Of a stretch of 64,000 bases of DNA, positions 27,515 to 34,988 are shown piece after piece. The notes under the pieces were generated by a model. The model saw nothing but the letters and a program-made list of their open reading frames with translations, was not told the DNA's origin and ran no database searches. The stretch spans positions 2,141 to 66,140 of the forward strand of contig JAGWWF010000009.1 in the NCBI GenBank assembly GCA_018970445.1, written 5' to 3'. Numbering within the stretch: position 1 is the stretch's first letter; every line of letters begins with the position of its first letter. A program made the translations under genes and the position numbers. Source of the stretch: Alphaproteobacteria bacterium. Lineage in GTDB: Bacteria > Pseudomonadota > Alphaproteobacteria > Sphingomonadales > Sphingomonadaceae.

Positions 27515-28471
27515 TCAGGCGGCAAAGCCAGGCTTTCGCCGCCGCTGCATCGCGCCGAGCAGCCCGAAACCGGCAATCAGCATGGCCCAGCTGGCCGGTT
27601 CCGGAATGGCCCCGCCGGGGCCGCCAAGCGGCACATTGGGCAATGCGCCGCTGCCTTCTTCAAAAAAGCCGCCTTGCGCATTGCTCAGGCTCGACAGATG
27701 CAGCGAGCCGAACAGACCGTTGAGATCGATGCTGCCGATATTGGTGAAGCCGCTGGGAGCCGCCGCAAGATCATAGACGCGCAGCGAGCCCAGATCGGCC
27801 AGCACGGTGCTGAAGCTGCTGTCGGTCTGATACACATTCACCCAATCGGCTTCGGCCTGCTGACCGGCCAGCGTGGTCAGATCATTGTTCACCGTGGCAT
27901 TCACCGTCATCACGATGGTGCCATAGCTGATCTGATTATATTGCGGGCCATCGGCCGATGTGGTGGTGATGCGGAAGCGGAACACGGTGGGGAGATTGTT
28001 GGCCGGATCATCAGGCGCGCCGCCAAACCAACCGCCATTGCGGAAGCTGAGCGTGCCCAGCTTGAACGGATCGCCCACATTCACGCCGGAAAAGCTGCTC
28101 GGGGCGAAGCTGATGCTGTTCAGCAGGGTTGGATACAGCGCGGTGCCATCAAAGCCGCGATAGACAAAATCCACGCTGTTGCCGGCCAGCGCCACGTTGG
28201 CGGTATACCATCGGGTGCCGTTCACCACGTTGGGATCGATTTGCCGGCCACCGGTGAAGGTGACGGCCGGATTGCCCAGCAGGCTGGCGGTGACCATGTC
28301 GATGCCGGCCACCTGCCCGCCCAGAAACCAGGTGGCCGGATCATTGGGCACCGGCCCGGCGGCAATCGGCCCGCGATATTGCTGGAATTCGAAATTGACC
28401 GTGCCGGAACCGGCGGCCAGCGCCGGGCCGGCCACAACCGTGGCGGCAAGCCATGCTATCGCCCTGATCAT
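27515..28471 (-). CDS. PEP-CTERM (PEPxxWA-type) sorting-domain protein, paralog 1
   Basis: Signal peptide MIRAIAWLAATVVAGPALAAGSG and a beta-rich body. The C-terminus is IPEPASWAMLIAGFGLLGAMQRRRK: a PEP motif, a TM helix and a basic tail. Confidence 0.8.
   Translation of the reverse strand: MIRAIAWLAATVVAGPALAAGSGTVNFEFQQYRGPIAAGPVPNDPATWFLGGQVAGIDMVTASLLGNPAVTFTGGRQIDPNVVNGTRWYTANVALAGNSVDFVYRGFDGTALYPTLLNSISFAPSSFSGVNVGDPFKLGTLSFRNGGWFGGAPDDPANNLPTVFRFRITTTSADGPQYNQISYGTIVMTVNATVNNDLTTLAGQQAEADWVNVYQTDSSFSTVLADLGSLRVYDLAAAPSGFTNIGSIDLNGLFGSLHLSSLSNAQGGFFEEGSGALPNVPLGGPGGAIPEPASWAMLIAGFGLLGAMQRRRKPGFAA
27551..27616. repeat. 66-nt near-identical segment (copy 1) encoding the PEP-CTERM anchor
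   Basis: 63 of 66 nt are identical to 28517-28582, while the rest of the two genes is clearly diverged. Confidence 0.85.
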
Positions 28472-28483
28472 GACTTCACTCCT

Positions 28484-29449
28484 TCAGACCAGACGAAGAC
28501 GACGGCGGCGCGCCACCGCGCCGATCAGCCCGAAACCGGCGATCAGCATGGCCCAGCTGGCCGGTTCGGGAATGGCCCCGCCGCCGCCGCCGGGGCCGGG
28601 CGGAAATGGCACGCTGGGCAGCGGATCGCTGCTCGCGGTGATGAATCCGCCCACCGGATTGGCAAAGCCGGTGATGCCCAGCGATCCGAACCTGCCCATC
28701 AGATCGACACTGCCAACATTGGTGAAGCCGGCCGGGGTCTGGTTGTTGTCATACACGCGGAAGCTGTTCAGGGTGACATCATTTTCCTGATCATAGATCG
28801 TCACCCAATCCGCCGCCGCGTCCTTGCCGGCATCGGTGCTGGTGTCGTTGTTGTCGGGCGCATTCACCGTGTGGATCAGCACCAGGTTGCGGGACTGGTT
28901 GAATTCCGGCGTGGACGAGGTGGTGGTGACGCGAAAGCCCAATATGGTTGGCGTGTTGAACGCCGATGTCGCCCCGCCGCCAAACCAGGAACCATTCTGG
29001 AAGGTGAGCGTGCCCAGCCTGAATTCCTGCCCGGTCGAAACGCCGGAAAAGCTGGCCGGGGTCCAGGTGAAGAGATTTTCAAACGGCGTGCCGGCATCGC
29101 TGGCATCAGTGAGCAGGCTGACCGTGGTGGTGGGCGTGCCGGTCAAGGGGAAGGTGCCGCCCGAAATGGTCGCGCCGACAAGGCCGGTGTTGTAGAAGGA
29201 GCCCGCCGAAAAACCGGTGGTGCGGCCGGTGGGCTGCGGCGGCCCCAGCGGCGTTGGCGTCACGCCGTTGACCGTGCCGGTGATGGTGATGCCATCGTGA
29301 AAGCCCGGATTGGGCGGCAGCACCAGCTCATGCGGGCCAAAGAAATTGGTGAAGCGGAATTCCACCGTGCCCGATCCGGTGGCGGCCACGGCAGGGCCGG
29401 CCGCCAGCAACAGGGCGAGGGCGGAAGCAAATATCGGCATGGATTTCAT
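28484..29449 (-). CDS. PEP-CTERM (PEPxxWA-type) sorting-domain protein, paralog 2
   Basis: Start chosen at MKSMPIFASALALLLAAGPAVAATGSG. The N-terminus GSGTVEFRFTNFFGP parallels GSGTVNFEFQQYRGP of paralog 1. The C-terminus is IPEPASWAMLIAGFGLIGAVARRRR. Confidence 0.8.
   Translation of the reverse strand: MKSMPIFASALALLLAAGPAVAATGSGTVEFRFTNFFGPHELVLPPNPGFHDGITITGTVNGVTPTPLGPPQPTGRTTGFSAGSFYNTGLVGATISGGTFPLTGTPTTTVSLLTDASDAGTPFENLFTWTPASFSGVSTGQEFRLGTLTFQNGSWFGGGATSAFNTPTILGFRVTTTSSTPEFNQSRNLVLIHTVNAPDNNDTSTDAGKDAAADWVTIYDQENDVTLNSFRVYDNNQTPAGFTNVGSVDLMGRFGSLGITGFANPVGGFITASSDPLPSVPFPPGPGGGGGAIPEPASWAMLIAGFGLIGAVARRRRLRLV
28517..28582. repeat. 66-nt near-identical segment (copy 2) encoding the PEP-CTERM anchor
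   Basis: See 27551-27616. The three mismatches are at positions 9, 25 and 52 of the alignment. Confidence 0.85.
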
Positions 29450-29606
29450 CACATGTCCCCTTGACTGAACGACCCGTGCTGCATCCTCGCGCGGCAACCG
29501 CTGCCTGTCATGCCATGAACATGGGATGCGCAGCGCTGGATGCCGGCCTTTACTTGGGCACAACTTGCCATCACACTGGCCAGCGAAAGGCGGCAGCGGC
29601 ACGGGC

Positions 29607-30266
29607 ATGAGCAACTCGCCAGCACGGATCAGGATCATCCTGGCCGAAGATGATCCGGCCCTGCGCAGCCATCTGGGCAGCGCCATCGCGGCCGAGGCCG
29701 ACCTGATCCTGATCGGCAGCGCCGCCAATCTGGCCGAAGGGGCAGCGCTGGTGGCGCGCGGCGGTTATGATGTGCTGTTGTGCGATCTGGGCCTGCCCGA
29801 TGGCAGCGGGATCGATCTGATCCGCCAATCGGCGGCGCGCTGGCCGGATGCCGATGTGCTGGTGGTGACGATGTTCGCCGATCAGGACAAGGTGCTGGCC
29901 AGCATCATGGCCGGCGCACGCGGCTATGTGCTGAAGGGCGATGCCATCGCCGACGCGATGGCCGCCATCCGCACCGTGCGCGCCGGCGGTTCGCCGATCA
30001 GCCCCACCATCGCCCGCCAGCTGCTGCGCCGCATCCAGCCGGCGCCAGCATCATTGGCACCCCAGCCATCGCCGCTGTCGGATCGCGAACTGGAATTGCT
30101 GCGCCTGCTGGCGCGCGGCTTTTCCTATGCCGAATCTGCCGGCCTGCTGGGGCTTTCGGCCCACACGGTCGCCAGCCATGTCAAGAATATCTATCGCAAG
30201 CTGGAAGTGAACAGCCGGGCCGAAGCCCTGTATGAAGCCAATGCGCTGGGCCTCATCCAGCCTTAG
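29607..30266 (+). CDS. Response regulator, NarL/FixJ (LuxR C-terminal HTH) family
   Basis: Start at MSNSPARIRIILAEDDPALR. The receiver domain has LLCDLGLPDGSG, and the LuxR HTH is LSDRELELLRLLARGFSYAESAGLLGLSAHTVASHVKNIYRKL. Confidence 0.9.
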   Translation: MSNSPARIRIILAEDDPALRSHLGSAIAAEADLILIGSAANLAEGAALVARGGYDVLLCDLGLPDGSGIDLIRQSAARWPDADVLVVTMFADQDKVLASIMAGARGYVLKGDAIADAMAAIRTVRAGGSPISPTIARQLLRRIQPAPASLAPQPSPLSDRELELLRLLARGFSYAESAGLLGLSAHTVASHVKNIYRKLEVNSRAEALYEANALGLIQP

Positions 30267-32028
30267 GCTGATCATCGCGCTGCTGGCGCTGCTGCTGGCG
30301 CCGGCGGCCATGGCCAGGCTCACGCCGCTCACCACTGCGCGTGTTGCTGTGGATGGCGGCGTGCCTGGCCTGCGCCCGGCGCCGTGGCTGGCCCCCGTCG
30401 CCGCCCGCCGGCTCAGCGCCGAATTCACCCTGGTCTGGGATGGCCGCCCGGTCGCCCTGCTGCTCACCGACATGCGCGAACGCGTGACCGTTTCCCTGAA
30501 CGGCGTGCCGCTGTTCAGCAACACCACCGGCCCCGCCGATACGGTGCTGGGCTGGAACCACCCCTATCATGTCGTGCTGCCCGCGGCGCTGCTGCGCCCC
30601 GGCCCCAACCGGATCCGTGTGGATGTCGCCGCCGATCCGCCCTGGCGGCTGGGCCTGGGGCAAGTGCAGGCCGGCAGCCCGGCCGAAGTGGAGGCCGGCT
30701 TTGCCCGCCAGCTGTTCTGGCGCATCGATGGCCCGCGCACCGCCAATGGCAGCCTGCTGCTGCTGGCGCTGCTGGTGCTGATGCTGTGGCGGGCGCGGCG
30801 GCGGCAGCCGGAATTGCTGCTGCTGGTGGTGGTGGGCCTGGGCTGGTGGCTGCGCAGCCTGCATTTCCACGTCACCCGCCCGCCCATCGATCCGGCGCTG
30901 TTCGCCACGATCAGCCGCGAAAGCGTGTTCATCATCGTGCCGCTCACCTTTTGCTATTGCCTGGAATTCGCCCGCATTCCCCAGGCCCGGCGCTGGCAGC
31001 TGGCGCTGCTGGCCAGCGGGCTGGTCGGGCTGGTGCTGCGCCATCTGCTGTTGCGGGCCGGCCTGCCCGATGTGCCCTCGGCGCTGCTGCTGATCATCAT
31101 GGGGCTGGGCACGGCCGGCGTGCTGGTGCGCGCGGCGTGGCAGCGGCGCGGGCCGGATCAGGCGCTGATCATCGGCGTGGTGGCGCTCAACACCGGCTTT
31201 GCCGTGCACGATCTGGGCCGGGTCTATCAGCTTGGCTGGTGGGATGGGGCGGGCTTCTTCTTCCAGCCCTTTGCCGGCATCAGCCTGTTTGCCGCCTTCT
31301 TCCTCAGCCTGGGCCGCCAGTTCGTCGCGGCGCTCGATGCCAGCGAAACCAGCAATGTGCGGCTGGAACAGGCGGTGGCCAGCGCCCGCGCCGATCTGGC
31401 CGCCAGCGAGGAACGCCGCCGCCGCCTTGAGGTGGAACGCGCCATCGAAGGCGAACGCGAACGGCTGATGCGCGAAATGCACGATGGCATCGGTGCCAAT
31501 CTGGTGGCCGCCGTGGCCGTGGCCGAACAACAGGGCCAGCCGGCCAGCACCATCGCCCCGCTGCGCCGGGCGCTGGCCGATCTGAAACTCACGGTGGACA
31601 GCCTGGATCCGGTCGATGGCGACATGGTGGCGCTGCTCGCCTCGCTGCGCCACCGCATCGCCGGCGATCTGGCCGCCGCCGGCATCGCGGTGGATTGGCA
31701 GGTCGCGCCCTGCCCGCCGCTGCCCTGGCTGGATGCCGCCAACGCGCTGCACGTGCTGCGCCTGTTTCAGGAAGCGATCAGCAACGCCATCCAGCACAGC
31801 GGCGCGCGCCGAATCGCCATCGGCTGCGCCCCGCGCCAGCAGGGTGATCGGCTGGGCATCGCGGCCTGGGTGGCCGATGATGGCTGCGGCCTGGCACCCG
31901 CCGCCGCCGCGGGCCGGGGCCTGGCCCACATGCAGCAGCGCGCCGCCAGCATGCACGGCCGACTGGACATCGCCGCCAGCCCCGGCGCCGGCACCGCCAT
32001 CACCCTGTGGCTGCCGCTGCGGCGCTGA
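30232..32028 (+). CDS. Sensor histidine kinase (HisKA_3 family) with a periplasmic domain plus a multi-TM sensor module
   Basis: Signal/TM segment, then a periplasmic region of about 150 aa and about 6-7 TM helices. H-box ERERLMREMHDGIGANL and a HATPase_c region (GLAHMQQRAASMHGRLDI). It overlaps the response regulator gene by 35 nt. Confidence 0.85.
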   Translation: MKPMRWASSSLRLIIALLALLLAPAAMARLTPLTTARVAVDGGVPGLRPAPWLAPVAARRLSAEFTLVWDGRPVALLLTDMRERVTVSLNGVPLFSNTTGPADTVLGWNHPYHVVLPAALLRPGPNRIRVDVAADPPWRLGLGQVQAGSPAEVEAGFARQLFWRIDGPRTANGSLLLLALLVLMLWRARRRQPELLLLVVVGLGWWLRSLHFHVTRPPIDPALFATISRESVFIIVPLTFCYCLEFARIPQARRWQLALLASGLVGLVLRHLLLRAGLPDVPSALLLIIMGLGTAGVLVRAAWQRRGPDQALIIGVVALNTGFAVHDLGRVYQLGWWDGAGFFFQPFAGISLFAAFFLSLGRQFVAALDASETSNVRLEQAVASARADLAASEERRRRLEVERAIEGERERLMREMHDGIGANLVAAVAVAEQQGQPASTIAPLRRALADLKLTVDSLDPVDGDMVALLASLRHRIAGDLAAAGIAVDWQVAPCPPLPWLDAANALHVLRLFQEAISNAIQHSGARRIAIGCAPRQQGDRLGIAAWVADDGCGLAPAAAAGRGLAHMQQRAASMHGRLDIAASPGAGTAITLWLPLRR

Positions 32029-32088
32029 ACCCCCGATTGCGACGGCATGGCCATTGCGCCGCCCTGCCCCACCGCCTATGCCCCTGCC

Positions 32089-33894
32089 ATGACGCCGCAA
32101 GACCGTATCCGCAATTTTTCGATCATCGCCCACATCGATCACGGGAAATCCACCCTGGCCGATCGCCTGATCCAGACCACCGGCGGGCTGCAACTGCGCG
32201 AGATGTCCGAACAGGTGCTCGACAATATGGACATCGAGAAGGAGCGCGGCATCACCATCAAGGCGCAGACGGTGCGCCTGGATTATCGCGCCGCCGATGG
32301 CCTGGATTATGTCCTCAACCTGATGGACACGCCGGGCCATGTCGATTTCGCCTATGAAGTCTCGCGCTCCCTCGCCGCCTGCGAAGGCGCGCTGCTGGTG
32401 GTGGATGCGGCCCAGGGCGTCGAGGCGCAGACTTTGGCCAACGTCTATCAATCGATCGAGCATGATCATGAAATCGTGCCGGTGATCAACAAGATCGATC
32501 TGCCCTCGGCCGAGCCGGAAAAGGTGAAGCAGGAGATCGAGGACATCATCGGCCTCGATGCCTCGGGCGCCGTGCTGGCCAGCGCCAAATCCGGCATCGG
32601 CATCACCGATATACTGGAAGCCATCGTCACGCGCATCCCGCCGCCCAAGGGCGATCCGCAACTGCCGCTCAAAGCCATGCTGGTGGACAGCTGGTATGAT
32701 CCCTATCTGGGCGTCGTCATCCTGATCCGCGTGATCGACGGCACCATCCGCAAGGGCCAGCAGATCAAGTTCATGGCCGCCGACAGCATGCACCTGGTTG
32801 ACCGGGTGGGCGCCTTCCGGCCCAAGATCGAACAATTCGCCGAACTCGGCCCCGGCGAAATCGGCTTCATCACCGCCCAGATCAAGGAAGTGGCCCAGGC
32901 CCGTGTGGGCGACACCATCACCGATGCCAGGCGCCCCGCCAACGAACCGCTGCCCGGCTTCAGGCAAGTGCAGCCGGTGGTGTTCTGCGGCCTGTTCCCC
33001 ACCGATGCCGCCGATTTCGAGAAACTGCGCGACAGCATCGCCAAGCTGCGGCTGAACGATGCCAGCTTCAGCTTTGAAATGGAAACCAGCGCCGCGCTGG
33101 GCTTCGGATTCCGCTGCGGCTTCCTGGGGCTGCTCCACCTGGAAATCATCCAGGAACGGCTGAGCCGCGAATATGATCTGGATCTGATCACTACCGCGCC
33201 ATCGGTGGTCTACAACATCATGCTGCGCGATGGTTCGGCCATCGAACTGCACAACCCGGCCGACATGCCCGATCCGTCGTCCATCCTGCAGATCGACGAA
33301 CCCTGGATCGAAGCCACCATCTATGTGCCCGATGAATATCTCGGCTCCATCCTGAAACTCTGTCAGGACAGGCGGGGCATCCAGAAGAATCTCACCTATG
33401 TCGGCGGCCGCGCCCAGGTCACCTATGATCTGCCGCTGAACGAAGTGGTGTTCGATTTCTATGACCGGCTGAAATCCATCTCCCGCGGCTATGCCAGTTT
33501 CGATTATCACCAGATCGGCCACCGCGAAGGCGATCTGGTGAAGATGTCGATCATGGTCAACAGCGAGCCGGTGGACGCCCTGTCGATGATCGTCCACCGC
33601 AGCGCGGCGGAAGCCCGCGGCCGCCACATGTGCGAACGCATGAAGGACCTGATCCCCCGCCACCTGTTCAAGATCCCGATCCAAGCGGCGATTGGCGGAA
33701 AAGTCATCGCCCGCGAAACCATCGCCGCCCTGCGCAAGGACGTCACCGCCAAATGCTACGGCGGCGACGCCAGCCGCAAACGCAAGCTGCTGGACAAGCA
33801 GAAGGAAGGCAAGAAGCGGATGCGGCAATATGGGAATGTGGACATCCCGCAGGAAGCGTTCATCGCCGCGCTGCGGATGGGGGATGATGGATGA
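32089..33894 (+). CDS. lepA: Translation elongation factor 4
   Basis: [27 protein letters not shown] and NKIDL GTPase motifs, with the typical LepA C-terminus. ATG at 32089 chosen (the track ORF starts at 32047). Confidence 0.95.
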   Translation: MTPQDRIRNFSIIAHIDHGKSTLADRLIQTTGGLQLREMSEQVLDNMDIEKERGITIKAQTVRLDYRAADGLDYVLNLMDTPGHVDFAYEVSRSLAACEGALLVVDAAQGVEAQTLANVYQSIEHDHEIVPVINKIDLPSAEPEKVKQEIEDIIGLDASGAVLASAKSGIGITDILEAIVTRIPPPKGDPQLPLKAMLVDSWYDPYLGVVILIRVIDGTIRKGQQIKFMAADSMHLVDRVGAFRPKIEQFAELGPGEIGFITAQIKEVAQARVGDTITDARRPANEPLPGFRQVQPVVFCGLFPTDAADFEKLRDSIAKLRLNDASFSFEMETSAALGFGFRCGFLGLLHLEIIQERLSREYDLDLITTAPSVVYNIMLRDGSAIELHNPADMPDPSSILQIDEPWIEATIYVPDEYLGSILKLCQDRRGIQKNLTYVGGRAQVTYDLPLNEVVFDFYDRLKSISRGYASFDYHQIGHREGDLVKMSIMVNSEPVDALSMIVHRSAAEARGRHMCERMKDLIPRHLFKIPIQAAIGGKVIARETIAALRKDVTAKCYGGDASRKRKLLDKQKEGKKRMRQYGNVDIPQEAFIAALRMGDDG

Positions 33895-34071
33895 GGTCTT
33901 GAACCGCGACGGCGTTTTGCGTCCGACGGATCGCTCTTCGCAAATTATGCGACCGCCTTCACAGTCGTTTCAAGTCTGCGCTTTGCTTTGGCGTGGTGCT
34001 CACATAAACACAGATCAGCCAGGATAGCCGGAACGTCCATTTTGCGCCGGCACCATTGCCTGAGGAGCTGG

Positions 34072-34986
34072 ATGCAGTTCAACCGATCAGAACTGAATGA
34101 TTCCGCTGTCTCGCTCGCGCGTTCCCCCGCGGTGGATGACAGCTGCATCGGCCGGAACTACTTGATCGAGGAAAATGTCACCGATCAACGGCGAAGCGTC
34201 GTGGAGGGGTATGAACCGCTCGCGATCGATGTCCGCGAGGTGGTGAACAGTTATTTCCGCGACAGCGTGCAGGGGGTGCAACGCGGTCACCTCTCATCGA
34301 CGTTCGATGAAACCATCAACCATCAGGCGTTGCTGCCGGTCTCTGTTGAACCAACGCAAAAGATCATCCGCCTTGAACGGATCGATCGCCATCTGGAGCC
34401 AATCGGAGGGCTTGATTTCATGAGCCTGACCAAAGCGCTCCAAGACAATGATCGGCACAGGCTGGCCGCACTCGCCGATCAATTTCTGAATTATGGCGGT
34501 GAACGGCCTGCGTTTTCTGCGTTCAAGAGTGAAGTTTCCGATGATCTGAATAGCGTGGATTTGCTGCCGCGAATAATCGATCGGCTTGGATTATATCATC
34601 ATTATCCCTTTGTTTCAGGCAAACCATACCGCTTTGCACTCATGGAATATACGGCGGCGGAGGTGATCGATCAGGCCAAGAAGAAGAACATGAATCGTTG
34701 TTTTGCCCTGGCCACCGTGCTGGAATGTCAGAACAACCCGGCCTTCTTTCCGGTGCCGCGTGCGACGAGCCACGGCTTCACCGTTGACCTGCGCGAACGC
34801 AATCCAGCGCAGCCAAGCGTACGAGAGATGCTCCACATCCGCTTCGATTATTCCTGGCGGCATATCAAGCGGATCGCCGAATGGACGGGAGCCGACACGC
34901 CTGATATCGTCGCCGCGCGCGATCGCCACCTTGCCACATTGCGAACAGCAACAGGGTGCGCAGATTTTGGCGACGTCGGGGTCTGA
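34072..34986 (+). CDS. Hypothetical protein A of the low-GC cassette (304 aa, soluble, no recognised family)
   Basis: The first ATG of the frame is preceded by GAGGAG (34062-34067) with a 4-nt spacer. The frame is open to the TGA at 34984-34986. Codon usage differs from the flanking genes. No signal peptide or TM segment. Confidence 0.6.
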   Translation: MQFNRSELNDSAVSLARSPAVDDSCIGRNYLIEENVTDQRRSVVEGYEPLAIDVREVVNSYFRDSVQGVQRGHLSSTFDETINHQALLPVSVEPTQKIIRLERIDRHLEPIGGLDFMSLTKALQDNDRHRLAALADQFLNYGGERPAFSAFKSEVSDDLNSVDLLPRIIDRLGLYHHYPFVSGKPYRFALMEYTAAEVIDQAKKKNMNRCFALATVLECQNNPAFFPVPRATSHGFTVDLRERNPAQPSVREMLHIRFDYSWRHIKRIAEWTGADTPDIVAARDRHLATLRTATGCADFGDVGV

Positions 34987-34988
34987 TC

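Noticed and set aside
30253-33828. Very long antisense ORFs in the track, for example 30253..33828 minus (1191 aa), 10875..13619 plus (914 aa), 20526..23153 plus (875 aa), 61055..63502 minus (815 aa), 6968..8794 minus (608 aa) and 8981..10804 plus (607 aa)
   Set aside because: Each lies opposite a gene with clear family motifs (histidine kinase and lepA, TonB-dependent receptor, alpha-galactosidase, GGDEF-EAL, sulfatase, M20). Their translations are Arg/Gly/Ala/His/Gln-rich low-complexity strings with no motifs. That is the usual stop-codon-poor shadow-frame effect in GC-rich DNA.
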